Below, piece by piece: positions 38,274-48,461 of a stretch of DNA of 64,000 nucleotides. Positions within the stretch are counted from its first letter, which is position 1, and each line of letters begins with the position of its first letter. A program made the translations under genes and the position numbers. The notes beneath the pieces are model-generated. The model ran no database searches. It saw only the letters and a program-made list of their open reading frames with translations, and was not told where the DNA came from. The DNA is taken from the sequence record OR670491.1. One strand, 5' to 3'.

Positions 38274-39407
38274 ATGTCCGAGAAAGAAATCAACCCTAAA
38301 AAATCAACTGCTAAAGCCGCTAAAACTGTACGTCGCACGACCAAAGCAAAAGGTAATACTTTTGATTCGAGTGATATCTTTGAACAGACAACTAAATCTC
38401 TACCAGTACTGAAAGATGCCAAAGGCAACAGCATGTCTCTTACCGTTGAGAACATCAATACCATCGGTACTTCTGCTGGTGCTAACGTTGGTCGCCTGGC
38501 AGACCAGATTATGTCTAAAGTGAACGTAACTGATGACAACTCTGAGTTTGGTCAGTCCATCACTACTATTCTGTCTCTGACCCGTGCTGTTGATATTGAC
38601 AGTCTTCAGGATGATAAGTCCATCGTTGGTTGGGTACGTAAACTCTTTGTTAATGCTAAACAGAAAGTTGGCGACCAGTACAAAAACAGTAAAGAGCAGA
38701 TTGATGAAATCATGAACACTCTCCAGACTGGCATTAACCGTCAACATGGTGAATGTGAGTGGCTTGATACTGCTTACAATGAAAACAAAAACTACCTTTT
38801 CGAACTGCGTGATACCTTAGCAGAACTGGAAGTAGTAACCAAGTCACAAGATGAACGTCTAACTGAAATGCAAGCAGATAGCGAAACTGATACCTTCGCA
38901 ATCCAAGAGCAGAAGATGATCTGTGAAGCCCTGTCTAAGCAGGAAGATAAGATTCGTCGTCTGATTATCATGTGTGAGCTAAGTGCTCCACGTCTGATGA
39001 GCATGAAGAAAGTAAACCTGAACACTGTTTCTAAGTTTGAAGATCTGAAATCTGTTGTTATTCCAGCATGGAAATCCCAACTGGCAGAGCAGTTGATTTC
39101 TGAACGTCAACGTAAAGACAATGAATTGGGTAATTTGATTGATAACGAAACTAACCGTTTGTTGGAAGTCAACTCTAAGATGGTAGCAACTAACATGCTA
39201 GATGCTGCTAAAGCAAATAACCGTGGTATTGTGGATATCAAAACATTGCGTAACGTACATAAAACTACAATCGACGGCATCGAAGCTGTACTGATTGAAG
39301 AGAAGAAAGGCAAAGAAGAACGTGAGCGTGCTAAAGTTGAGCTACTACAGCTTTCTCATGACCTCGAAAACACTCTGCGTGAAATTGCAGATAAATCTAA
39401 CAAATAA
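38274..39407 (+). CDS. telA: toxic anion resistance protein TelA family
   Basis: Coiled-coil with IGT.AG, VRKLF..AKQ..DQY, QIDEI, NLNTVSKF..L...VIPAWK and N.LL..NSKMV motifs. Confidence 0.8.
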   Translation: MSEKEINPKKSTAKAAKTVRRTTKAKGNTFDSSDIFEQTTKSLPVLKDAKGNSMSLTVENINTIGTSAGANVGRLADQIMSKVNVTDDNSEFGQSITTILSLTRAVDIDSLQDDKSIVGWVRKLFVNAKQKVGDQYKNSKEQIDEIMNTLQTGINRQHGECEWLDTAYNENKNYLFELRDTLAELEVVTKSQDERLTEMQADSETDTFAIQEQKMICEALSKQEDKIRRLIIMCELSAPRLMSMKKVNLNTVSKFEDLKSVVIPAWKSQLAEQLISERQRKDNELGNLIDNETNRLLEVNSKMVATNMLDAAKANNRGIVDIKTLRNVHKTTIDGIEAVLIEEKKGKEERERAKVELLQLSHDLENTLREIADKSNK

Positions 39408-39410
39408 TAG

Positions 39411-39466
39411 TTGACACTAAGGTGCGTTTCAAATATAATACTCTTATTGAAACGCACCTTCTTTTT
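39411..39466 (+). promoter_or_regulatory. sigma70-like promoter overlapped by a 14-bp inverted repeat/terminator
   Basis: TTGACA-17-TATAAT; AAGGTGCGTTTCAA (39419-32) / TTGAAACGCACCTT (39447-60) followed by a T-run. Confidence 0.8.
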
Positions 39467-39489
39467 TAAATTAATGAAAGGATAAAATA

Positions 39490-40176
39490 ATGAAACGTCG
39501 TCATGTTGCAGTTGATATCGAATGTTTGGGTACACCAGAAAACTCCGGTTATGACATTATTATTCCTAACTATGCAGTTGTTATGGTTCCATCCAAACCA
39601 ACTCACAACATCACTAATTTTTTCTATGTTAAACAGCCTTACCAAGCACAGGTAAATGCTGGTTTGAAATCCGATGCTTCCGCTATGAGCTTTTGGATGA
39701 ACAAATGTGCTAAAGAGTATCCAGGTGCTTATGAAGAAGTAGCCAGTACTATGGATTTGGCAACTGCTGAAATCTACACCTCAAATGGTAAAGCGAAGAA
39801 AATCTTCCCAAATGACTTGATTGCAGAATTTTGGGATGAATTGCGTTATCATTATGGTGAAGAAGTTCCACATTCGGTATGGGGTAATGGTTGCCACTTC
39901 GATTGTAGTATCCTTGAAGCTAACCATCGCAAACTTTACGGCAAAACCGGAATGTGGAGTTACGATGCACCAGATAATGCTCGCACTATCAAACGCTTAC
40001 TGAATGATGCAGCACGCCAGGAAATGGATGAAATTGTGGCAGTACAGTTACCTAAATTTGTACAGTTCGCAGAATCCTGTGATGTTAAGGGTTTAGAGCT
40101 ACATCACCCACTGTTTGATGCTGCACGTGAAGCAATTCAGATTTCTTACTGTCTCAATAAATTGAAATTGGATTAA
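39490..40176 (+). CDS. DEDDh 3'-5' exonuclease (DexA/RNase AS-like)
   Basis: VDIECLG, WGNGCHFDCSIL and HHPLFDA motifs. Confidence 0.85.
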   Translation: MKRRHVAVDIECLGTPENSGYDIIIPNYAVVMVPSKPTHNITNFFYVKQPYQAQVNAGLKSDASAMSFWMNKCAKEYPGAYEEVASTMDLATAEIYTSNGKAKKIFPNDLIAEFWDELRYHYGEEVPHSVWGNGCHFDCSILEANHRKLYGKTGMWSYDAPDNARTIKRLLNDAARQEMDEIVAVQLPKFVQFAESCDVKGLELHHPLFDAAREAIQISYCLNKLKLD

Positions 40177-40177
40177 T

Positions 40178-41275
40178 ATGATGAATTTTGTTATCTTACT
40201 TATTCCGTCTTTGATTGTTGTTCTGGTTATGAAGTACATGTACGACCACACTATCAGTACTAAAGAGTTTTTCATTCATCTTTGTTCTTGTGTCGTGGGT
40301 GCATTATTGGTTCTTTGTGTTTCATATGCAATTAACTACAGTCAGCTTCATGATGTTGAAATCCTTAATGGACATGTAACATCAAAATACAACCACACTG
40401 AGTTCTGCACACCGAGTAGTTCATGTAAGCACTATACTTGGCATAAGAAGTGTCATACCAGTTATGATAGTAAGGGTAGAACACATCGTGAGTGTGAATC
40501 ATATAAGGTCTTTGATTATTCATACGAAGTTGATTGGTACGTTGACAGTACTGTAGGTAAGTTCGAAATTGAACGAGTGAATCGTCAAGGAACAATGACT
40601 CCACCAAGATGGAGTGTAGTTAAGATTGGTGATTATGCCGCCGCAGAGCATAACTATATCAACTATCTATTTGCTGATGAGCATTCATTGTTTAGTGAAA
40701 AACAAATCACTGAAGTATACGATCCTGAATACTTAGAACGTATTCCGACTTATCCATCGATTAGTAATTATTATAAAACATACCATGTTATTAATAAAAC
40801 TAATTATGATGTATCTGGTTTGAATGAGTATTTGATTGAAGAACTAAAAACAATGGGGGAACGTAAACAAGTAAACATTCAAGTACTTGTGTATCCTTAC
40901 CTTGATGTGAACTTTGTTGATGCTACATTAGCTGCATGGCGTGGTGGTAAGAAGAACGATGTGATTATGTTCTTTGGTATTGATGGTGATGGTACAGTGA
41001 AGAAATTCGATAGTACTTCATTCGCTAAAGGTATGAATAACGAAGATCTGCATTCTCAAATGCGTATGGATTCGTTAAATGAGAAATTATCGCTTGACTT
41101 GTTGAAGGTTCAGGTGCATAATATTGATACAAAGTTCCAGAGACTATCCAATCAAGAATTTGAATATCTCTCTGTTAAAATGGAACCACGTAAGGATGTT
41201 ATGATTATCGCTTCATTCATCCTAATGCTACTGTCAATCGTAATTGGTAATTACATGAGGAAAGTTGATTTATGA
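40178..41275 (+). CDS. membrane protein with extracytoplasmic, TPM-like domain
   Basis: Two N-terminal TMs, one C-terminal TM, Cys-rich loop, WRGGKKNDV motif. Confidence 0.65.
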   Translation: MMNFVILLIPSLIVVLVMKYMYDHTISTKEFFIHLCSCVVGALLVLCVSYAINYSQLHDVEILNGHVTSKYNHTEFCTPSSSCKHYTWHKKCHTSYDSKGRTHRECESYKVFDYSYEVDWYVDSTVGKFEIERVNRQGTMTPPRWSVVKIGDYAAAEHNYINYLFADEHSLFSEKQITEVYDPEYLERIPTYPSISNYYKTYHVINKTNYDVSGLNEYLIEELKTMGERKQVNIQVLVYPYLDVNFVDATLAAWRGGKKNDVIMFFGIDGDGTVKKFDSTSFAKGMNNEDLHSQMRMDSLNEKLSLDLLKVQVHNIDTKFQRLSNQEFEYLSVKMEPRKDVMIIASFILMLLSIVIGNYMRKVDL

Positions 41276-41826
41276 ATACTAAAGTAATGGTACTACTGGG
41301 CTTCTTGGTTGTTGTTATGATTGGTTGTTTTGGCGTAGTAAGTATGTTTACTGGTGCTCATGACCGTGCAGTAGAGTTTGAAGGAAATATTAAGAAGTAC
41401 TATGATGCTTCCGAAAGTCAACTAAGTAATTACACACTGAAAATCCAAGAGAAAAACCAAATAGCTGATAAGTACAAAGACGCACTAAAAGATACTATTG
41501 AAGCATATTTCCGTGGACGTGAAGGTGTTGACCAGAAATTTGTAATGTCACAGATTCAGCAACAGATTCCAAATCTTGATCCTAAGATTTATCAAGAAAT
41601 GATGGTTACAATTGATGCGGGTCGTGATAAATTCAACAACCTCCAGAAAATGAAAATTGACCAGTGTACCGATTATGAAAAATTCCGTAAAGGGTTCTGG
41701 AACTCCAAACTTCTAGATACCGCCGTGTTCCCTGGTAAAGACATTGAGCATCTATGTACTGTAGTTTCTGATGTACGAACTAAGAAAGCAATGCAAACTG
41801 GTATTCAAGAAGTAATTAAACTGTAA
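41272..41826 (+). CDS. membrane-anchored LemA-like protein
   Basis: N-terminal TM plus helical domain (QIPNLDPKIYQEMMVTIDAGRDKF); adjacent to the TPM-like gene. Confidence 0.55.
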   Translation: MNTKVMVLLGFLVVVMIGCFGVVSMFTGAHDRAVEFEGNIKKYYDASESQLSNYTLKIQEKNQIADKYKDALKDTIEAYFRGREGVDQKFVMSQIQQQIPNLDPKIYQEMMVTIDAGRDKFNNLQKMKIDQCTDYEKFRKGFWNSKLLDTAVFPGKDIEHLCTVVSDVRTKKAMQTGIQEVIKL

Positions 41827-41873
41827 CTAATGTTGGGAGTTCATTGTGAACTCCCTTTACTATAGGTGAATGT

Positions 41874-42476
41874 ATGTTTTTTAAAGAAACTCTAGAAGTG
41901 TTTGATATTGTCAAAGCATTGTATTACAGTAATAATATGGTAGAATGTATCTTACCATATGAATATAGTAATGATGCTGGACACAGTTTACGCATTGAAT
42001 CGGTTAATGGTTTTCACGGATACTATCAGTTTACCAAAAAACTTTCAGTACCGGAACATACCGTTCAATCCGTTCAAAAGCCACTAGGCCAGCATGTACA
42101 CTCTATTCCCAATCCAATTACCAATACCAATAACATATCAATATCAGGTGGCATCGCGTTTAATACAGTGACTACACCACAACGCTATACTATTAAAGTT
42201 AAAGTGGATAGAAATTTACGTACTTTATTAAGTGTTGATTGGTATGAATTAAAAGGTACTGGTTATTATATTAATAGTAATGGAACGGCTGTTGCAACTG
42301 ATGGGAACTTAATCGCATCTGCATTATATCTAGGTGAATCAACTATAGTTGATGGTGTATTATATGGAAATGATTCAGCCGAAGCATTTTTGAAAGATGT
42401 AGCCAGTGATGATAAAATAAGTATTCTTTCACTTATTAATCTACGTAAGGATGCAGATGAAATATTTAAAAAATGA
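41874..42476 (+). CDS. hypothetical protein
   Basis: AT-rich ORF; similar layout to the next ORF. Confidence 0.6.
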   Translation: MFFKETLEVFDIVKALYYSNNMVECILPYEYSNDAGHSLRIESVNGFHGYYQFTKKLSVPEHTVQSVQKPLGQHVHSIPNPITNTNNISISGGIAFNTVTTPQRYTIKVKVDRNLRTLLSVDWYELKGTGYYINSNGTAVATDGNLIASALYLGESTIVDGVLYGNDSAEAFLKDVASDDKISILSLINLRKDADEIFKK

Positions 42477-43056
42477 TTATAAGCACCAAGAAATACTAAA
42501 AACCGTAGAACAACAAGTTAATGCGGATTTAATGAAACTTAGTAATTTTGATCTTACTATATTTCATTATCTTGAATTGGAAAACCAGTTCGATTCATTT
42601 AATATTACCGTACATCCTAATAAGATCGTTGCAAAAAGTAAATTATATTACCCAGTAAAAGTTACTGAACTGCAATATAATAGTCCTTATATTAATCATA
42701 TAAGTGCTATTGCTAATGCAAAATCTTATAATAATAATTCTTGGATATCAAACACAATACAACAATCGATGCAATCTAAAAACCAACAGACTTTCGATAC
42801 AACTGTAAAAATAAAATACGAATACATTTTTGATACAGATGGTGTTTTTATGGGGTATAGTGTATTTGAAAATCTCAATGAGATGATACACCAGGTCGTA
42901 CTTGGTAAACATAAAGTTTTCGTAGATGCAGAGTGGTATCAGTACGAGGATTTTCGAGCAGTTGCATTTCAGAAAACATTAGTACAAGATGAAGCATTCT
43001 CTCTATTATTTGTTTGTGATATTATTTCCACACTAAGAGGTGACTTATGTATTTGA
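42451..43056 (+). CDS. hypothetical protein
   Basis: AT-rich ORF. Confidence 0.6.
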   Translation: MQMKYLKNDYKHQEILKTVEQQVNADLMKLSNFDLTIFHYLELENQFDSFNITVHPNKIVAKSKLYYPVKVTELQYNSPYINHISAIANAKSYNNNSWISNTIQQSMQSKNQQTFDTTVKIKYEYIFDTDGVFMGYSVFENLNEMIHQVVLGKHKVFVDAEWYQYEDFRAVAFQKTLVQDEAFSLLFVCDIISTLRGDLCI

Positions 43057-43394
43057 TTGTTGTAGGAATTTTTTTAGTACTTTCTATCATTGCAGTTAAA
43101 TTGGCTGCTGTAGTTCGTTCTAAGTTAGTTGTAGGTGAAGATGGTTCAGTACTGGATTTTGTTATGGACTATCCAAAAACGTGTGCTATAATTGTACTTG
43201 TATTCCAGTTGTTTGGTGCATTTACAGTACGCCATCATCTGTACAATTTATATGATTGTAGTGTTCGCTCTGCATCACAAGGTGTAGAAACAGATTACAG
43301 TTGGTACTATGAGAAGTGCCGATTCAAAAACCAACATGGTATTTGGGTTGACTTTGATAAATTACGAGGAACACCATCTGGTGAAGAAGAATAA
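43047..43394 (+). CDS. hypothetical membrane protein
   Basis: Two TM segments; GAGG RBS. Confidence 0.65.
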   Translation: MYLIVVGIFLVLSIIAVKLAAVVRSKLVVGEDGSVLDFVMDYPKTCAIIVLVFQLFGAFTVRHHLYNLYDCSVRSASQGVETDYSWYYEKCRFKNQHGIWVDFDKLRGTPSGEEE

Positions 43395-43876
43395 TGTTTG
43401 AATTCCCTGAAGAAGAAAAGAATTACATCGATGCTACTGATGATGGTTATCGTCACATTAACATCTATAGTAAAGCAAAAACTAAACTTGGAAGGGATCT
43501 ATCAAACTTTTCTAATCATAGCTTTAGACTAGAACCTTATGGTTGGTTCCCGTCAGTAGAGACATTCTACTTCTGGTTCTTAACAGGACAGAAGCATGAT
43601 GATCTACGTAAAGTATCAGGGGCAGCGGCGAAAGCTGCTGCTAACAAGTACATGCATGACCGTATTGAGATGACAGATGAATGTATATCTATCATCCAGG
43701 ATGCTATTTGTGCAAAGATAATGCAAAATCCAGAATTAGCTGAACGCTTACGTAAGAGTAAATTACCATTTTGTCATTACTATGTGTACGCTGGGAAAGT
43801 TGTAGATGTTTCTGGTGAGCACTCATGGTTTGTTCAGACGTTCGAAGACATTAGAACAGCATTGAGGGAATTATGA
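43394..43876 (+). CDS. NADAR-like protein (T4 gp30.3-type)
   Basis: HINIYSK...LGRDLSNF....F.....FPSVETFY...LSG.AAK pattern. Confidence 0.65.
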   Translation: MFEFPEEEKNYIDATDDGYRHINIYSKAKTKLGRDLSNFSNHSFRLEPYGWFPSVETFYFWFLTGQKHDDLRKVSGAAAKAAANKYMHDRIEMTDECISIIQDAICAKIMQNPELAERLRKSKLPFCHYYVYAGKVVDVSGEHSWFVQTFEDIRTALREL

Positions 43877-44166
43877 GTAAATTATTCAGTACAGAAGGAT
43901 GTTGGTGCTGTTTTTCGAAAAATGTAAACTACGATATGGTAATGGAGATTGTTGGTAGAAATTATATTATAAGCGATTACTCTTATAATTATGATACTCT
44001 ATCAATAGTGACGTATCAATGTATATGTAATAATTGTTGGGCTAACGGAATATATGACAAATTAGCATGTTCTACAAACGAATGGATAGTATTATGTTTT
44101 AGTGAATATGTTTCAAACAACAAAGAGTTCTTTGAAAGGAGAGTTGATGCCAGAAAAAATGTTTAA
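43873..44166 (+). CDS. Cys-rich hypothetical protein
   Basis: CWCC and CICNNC motifs. Confidence 0.55.
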   Translation: MSKLFSTEGCWCCFSKNVNYDMVMEIVGRNYIISDYSYNYDTLSIVTYQCICNNCWANGIYDKLACSTNEWIVLCFSEYVSNNKEFFERRVDARKNV

Positions 44167-44386
44167 TTCTTACAATATGGATTCACTGCTTATTCCAAGT
44201 AATGACAGTACTGTTAAGATGAACATGTATTGGATTGTTAAAAATGGAAAAGTATTTCAGCACAAGATTACCAAAGTATGGCAATGTAATTCCAATAAAA
44301 TTATTGTACAATGCATTTCTAATGAATTCCCAGATACTGAAGTGGTTTTCATGCCGTATGCATATGTGCCAAAGGAAAAATTATGA
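44147..44386 (+). CDS. hypothetical protein
   Basis: AAGGAG RBS before ATG 44147. Confidence 0.6.
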   Translation: MPEKMFNSYNMDSLLIPSNDSTVKMNMYWIVKNGKVFQHKITKVWQCNSNKIIVQCISNEFPDTEVVFMPYAYVPKEKL

Positions 44387-44394
44387 AAACGATG

Positions 44395-44423
44395 TTGACA
44401 TTATTCTTAGTACCACTTATAAT
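44395..44423 (+). promoter_or_regulatory. sigma70-like promoter
   Basis: TTGACA-17 nt-TATAAT. Confidence 0.7.
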
Positions 44424-44540
44424 GATTGTATTGTCTATTGGTGTTCCACAAACGTATGTGGTACAATTAAATATAATTGAGATTATATTGTTCGTGGTGC
44501 ATTGTTTATTATGCCGTAGTTATGTCAAGAAGAGGACTTA

Positions 44541-44963
44541 ATGAAATACTTTAAAACACAATTGGTTGTCAGTTCTGGTAAATCGCCGTGGGAGTTCTAT
44601 GAAGTTCCAGACGATTGGGACGAAGAATATTTAAAAGATTATGTACTTGAAGTAAATCAATGGGTTTACAACGCTGAATGTTTCACGTATAATGCAGTTG
44701 AAATCACAGAAACAGATTATCGTTTCGGTGTACAGGCAGTACAGTACTACGCATCTGATAGCAAGATGCTACAAGAGAACGTATTTCCTGTAAGAGAATG
44801 GGCGATTCTGCTTGCAAATCCGAATAAACCTGTTAGAATAGGTTATCCAAATATGCATCAGGTATATCGTATGAATGACAAACGTGAATTAAGTTATCAG
44901 TACGATTACAATGCTGCTAAATTTGGAATTCTTAAACAATTTCTAAAGGCATACCCAGTATGA
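44541..44963 (+). CDS. hypothetical protein
   Basis: GAGGA RBS. Confidence 0.65.
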   Translation: MKYFKTQLVVSSGKSPWEFYEVPDDWDEEYLKDYVLEVNQWVYNAECFTYNAVEITETDYRFGVQAVQYYASDSKMLQENVFPVREWAILLANPNKPVRIGYPNMHQVYRMNDKRELSYQYDYNAAKFGILKQFLKAYPV

Positions 44964-45298
44964 AAGAAGTAGAAAGTAAAGAGTGGATTGTTCGTTGCCA
45001 CTGCCATGACAAATCTGACCATGTTATTCATATTGCACAATATGACTTGACAGATGAGCACGGTGATGATAAAATGGGTCAATGTGTTATCACAACTCGT
45101 TTAGACCCACGAGCAGGATTATTTAAAAGAGCATGGATTGCGTTGAAGTATATGTTTGGTGTTGGGTGTTATCAGTACGTTGAAACAATAATTGATGTTG
45201 ACATTCTGAAAGAAGTCGTGTTACAATTAGAAGATAAACGAACTGATGACGAAAAAAAGGATGACCGCAGTTGTCGAACTGAAGTGAAAGTTTTATGA
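44960..45298 (+). CDS. hypothetical protein
   Basis: ATGA-coupled; CHCH motif. Confidence 0.65.
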   Translation: MKEVESKEWIVRCHCHDKSDHVIHIAQYDLTDEHGDDKMGQCVITTRLDPRAGLFKRAWIALKYMFGVGCYQYVETIIDVDILKEVVLQLEDKRTDDEKKDDRSCRTEVKVL

Positions 45299-45489
45299 GT
45301 ACTGAACTTTATGAAAAAAAGTACTGTACAAGTTGTCTAACAGAGTATACAATACAAGGTATGGTGATTTGCACAAAGTGTCAGTCATCAAAATCATCAA
45401 CGTTTTTAGTCGATGACCGATTTAGTGATTTGAAACAGTTCAAAGCAAATCGTGTTCTTCGTGAATTTAGCAAACTAAATAAGGAATAA
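45295..45489 (+). CDS. small Zn-ribbon protein
   Basis: CTSC...CTKC. Confidence 0.6.
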   Translation: MSTELYEKKYCTSCLTEYTIQGMVICTKCQSSKSSTFLVDDRFSDLKQFKANRVLREFSKLNKE

Positions 45490-45492
45490 TCA

Positions 45493-45921
45493 ATGAATAT
45501 CGAACAAGTAATCCGCTCTAACGCTTTCTTCTCTGCTGAATCTGGTCGTGTTATCGAAGATATCAAAATCGAAGAACTGATGATCAACGTTAAGTACAAA
45601 GAACAGAACGAAGAAATGTCCAGCAGCATCTGTGCTCTACGTGCTCCATTCCGTAGTGAAAAAGCTAAGAAGCCAGCATATGTTCTAGCGATTGCTCTTG
45701 GTTGTGTAGTGAAGAAAGCAATTGACTCCAACCAACTAAATATCAAAGTTGCTCCAATGAACGATGAAGAGAACATCAACCTGGACTTCGACGGTCAACT
45801 GTCTGAAGAAGAATTCTTCCAGCTTTCTCTGATTCATGACTTCCGTAGCATCAACTTTGACCACATTCACTTCATCGACGAAATGGTTGAATTGGTTTCT
45901 CAGTACGAAGCTGAACTGTAA
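45493..45921 (+). CDS. EExxFQxS-motif family protein
   Basis: LSEEEFFQLSLIHD near the C-terminus; highly expressed codon usage. Confidence 0.75.
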   Translation: MNIEQVIRSNAFFSAESGRVIEDIKIEELMINVKYKEQNEEMSSSICALRAPFRSEKAKKPAYVLAIALGCVVKKAIDSNQLNIKVAPMNDEENINLDFDGQLSEEEFFQLSLIHDFRSINFDHIHFIDEMVELVSQYEAEL

Positions 45922-45975
45922 TAAGTAATAAAACAAGCCTCCTTGAAAGGGGGCTTTTGTCATAAGGATATGTAA

Positions 45976-46533
45976 ATGAAGTTAATAGAACAAATTCAAA
46001 CCCTATCAAATCAGATTGCAGAGTTCTTGTCTGATAAAGAAGGATTTAAAGTAGAAATCACACACCACGGTGTAGGTATTGTTGTAACTTATCCAAGTGG
46101 TGATACAATGGATTATGATGTGTATGAGCTATTGCTATACACCCTAGCAGTGCGTAAGCTCGGTAGTGATATCGAACTTAAAATCAACAAAGATGAAAAT
46201 GGTAATGAAGTTTTTGCAGTAAACACTGATGCTAAACTTGACATTCCTGCTGGATTCACTAAAATCAATGAATCATTTATTGGTTTTAAACATGATTCTA
46301 TTCAGAGTGTTTTTATTGGTCGTCAAATTGCAAACACCCAATTCCCATACACTGTTATGACATTGTATAAAAACGGCAACTGGATGCGTCAGGATTTGGT
46401 AATGGCTGAAGTACTGTATGCACTAACCCATGACCTAAGCCTTGAACTCGTTGATAGTGCATTCTGCTTTAAACGTATTCGCAAACTATCTGCTGACATT
46501 CAAGCGGAACTAAAAGAACTAAATGATAAATAA
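45976..46533 (+). CDS. hypothetical protein
   Basis: AAGGA RBS. Confidence 0.7.
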   Translation: MKLIEQIQTLSNQIAEFLSDKEGFKVEITHHGVGIVVTYPSGDTMDYDVYELLLYTLAVRKLGSDIELKINKDENGNEVFAVNTDAKLDIPAGFTKINESFIGFKHDSIQSVFIGRQIANTQFPYTVMTLYKNGNWMRQDLVMAEVLYALTHDLSLELVDSAFCFKRIRKLSADIQAELKELNDK

Positions 46534-46690
46534 ATGTACCAGAAATGGTTAACATAATCATGTTACTTTCCTCCCTTATACAATAATGATTTGTTATTCC
46601 ACATTTTATTTTTTCATTTCTCTTTTTTCGTACAAATTCTTTTTCGTACTGCCCCTACTTAGGGGCATTTTTATTGCCTAAAATAAAGTT

Positions 46691-46718
46691 TTGACATTTG
46701 GTGATTAGGTGATATAAT
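46691..46718 (+). promoter_or_regulatory. sigma70-like promoter
   Basis: TTGACA-16 nt-TATAAT. Confidence 0.7.
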
Positions 46719-46745
46719 ATTCATATACATCTTAGAGGATACATT

Positions 46746-47174
46746 ATGATTTTCGATTTGCATTCATTTTTTAATAAATTCAACGAAGCTGATATCCCTA
46801 CGTGGGACGTAAAAATCAATCACACTAATAAATCATTGTGGCTACATAAAGGTAATGAATCGATCCAGATGATGATTAATGATGATTATGATATCACCCG
46901 CTTCTACCACATGGAAGAAAACAAAACCTTCGTTAAGGTTGCTTTCGACATATCTGATGATAATCTGTTCATCAACGTTCTGTCAGCCGGTTCTCATGTC
47001 CTGGTTGATGCTAAAATCAAAGAGATTAGTACTATCAAAAGTGAGGAAGGATTGTTTCAACGATCTGTTATTGAAGACCTGTACAATGTAGAATACTCTG
47101 ATATTGTGAAGCTGAAGGCAATCGTGGATAGTCTTAAAGCAAAAGCAAAAGAACTCATCAAAGAGGTATACTAA
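46746..47174 (+). CDS. EExxFQxS-motif family protein
   Basis: KSEEGLFQRSVIED. Confidence 0.75.
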   Translation: MIFDLHSFFNKFNEADIPTWDVKINHTNKSLWLHKGNESIQMMINDDYDITRFYHMEENKTFVKVAFDISDDNLFINVLSAGSHVLVDAKIKEISTIKSEEGLFQRSVIEDLYNVEYSDIVKLKAIVDSLKAKAKELIKEVY

Positions 47175-47641
47175 TGAAAAGCATTCTCCAAAACTGGAAT
47201 CCAGACACAATTAGTACTGAAACTAAATCGTCTTTTGCGTTCTCTATTATTAACATTGACGTTATAGATTATCTATCTATTGATTCGATGGACGCAAAGG
47301 AATGCACACATCGTGTGTGGTATGATTATGACCAAGGCGTAGAACTGACACTTACGTATAACACAGAAGATTTGGTTCAAAGTGAACAATACAGTGTGTG
47401 CCTTGATGGTACTATTGGTATTCGAAAGCATTACTTGAATGATGATGGGAAAGTTATTTCCGAAACAATCAATATCACAGATCATGGTTTTAATGAAGAA
47501 TCTTTCTTCATGGAAAGTACTATGCAGAATTTTGGCACAATGACTTTTGAAGATTATGTACATCTTAAAATTCTATATCGCAAAGTACTGGAAGTTGTTG
47601 CCGAACTGGAAAAGGTGAACAAACATGATCAACATTCATAA
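47174..47641 (+). CDS. EExxFQxS-motif family protein
   Basis: FNEESFFMESTMQN. Confidence 0.75.
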   Translation: MKSILQNWNPDTISTETKSSFAFSIINIDVIDYLSIDSMDAKECTHRVWYDYDQGVELTLTYNTEDLVQSEQYSVCLDGTIGIRKHYLNDDGKVISETINITDHGFNEESFFMESTMQNFGTMTFEDYVHLKILYRKVLEVVAELEKVNKHDQHS

Positions 47642-48002
47642 AGAATTGGCATTATTAAAAAAAGATTTCGATGAAAATACATTAACACTATCATTAAATG
47701 CTGGTGTAATTAAAGTTGGTGTTTCCACGTCATACCTTGTTTACCGTAAGAACAGTAAAGAGGTCTTATATCATAATGAATCTGGTATAATTTGGGTGTA
47801 TGATATGGAAAAGAATGTCATCAATTACGTTACTGATTTTTATGCACATAAAACAGTTAATTTTGATGTTACTGAAGAGGAACTATTCCAACAATCTCTG
47901 ATAGAAGCTGATGTATTAATGCCAGAGGAAATTAAAATAATCACAGATGCGGTGCAGTATGTATTTGATAGTGTTCAAGAACATGAAGGTACTGAAGGAT
48001 AG
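47625..48002 (+). CDS. EExxFQxS-motif family protein
   Basis: VTEEELFQQSLIEAD. Confidence 0.75.
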   Translation: MINIHKELALLKKDFDENTLTLSLNAGVIKVGVSTSYLVYRKNSKEVLYHNESGIIWVYDMEKNVINYVTDFYAHKTVNFDVTEEELFQQSLIEADVLMPEEIKIITDAVQYVFDSVQEHEGTEG

Positions 48003-48005
48003 TCC

Positions 48006-48461
48006 ATGAATAAATTACAGGTTTTTGAATATCTAACACGTACATCAATGATGGATTTACCAGAAGTAACATGTAAGAACCCAAAAGAATTAATACGAAT
48101 CTATCATATTGTTGAGGATTTACAATACAGAATCAATACTGAATATGATTATGTTACTGTGTCTGTACAAAACTTAAACTGGAGTGGTTCAGCAGCGGAA
48201 ATGTTCAACATTTCATACGATACAGCTAATGATTGTTTAAGGGTATTCATTCGAGAAAGTTCTTATTCCCATATGGATTTTACTGAAGTTCGTGAGGTTA
48301 GTAATTGCCTAACGGAAGAAGGGTTTTTCCAAGAATCATTGGTACAGAATTTAGTGTTCACTCAAGATGAATTAAAATCTGTTATTGATATTTTGGAGTA
48401 TATACAGCTAAAAGCCAGAGCGAAATACAAAATAACAGAACAGATTCCGCGAGGTATATAA
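48006..48461 (+). CDS. EExxFQxS-motif family protein
   Basis: LTEEGFFQESLVQN. Confidence 0.75.
   Translation: MNKLQVFEYLTRTSMMDLPEVTCKNPKELIRIYHIVEDLQYRINTEYDYVTVSVQNLNWSGSAAEMFNISYDTANDCLRVFIRESSYSHMDFTEVREVSNCLTEEGFFQESLVQNLVFTQDELKSVIDILEYIQLKARAKYKITEQIPRGI

Noticed and set aside
46540-46680. T-rich intergenic stretch as a possible origin or ncRNA
   Set aside because: It is explained by a terminator (GCCCCTACTTAGGGGC-ATTTT) and the upstream region of the 46691 promoter, and no iterons are visible.
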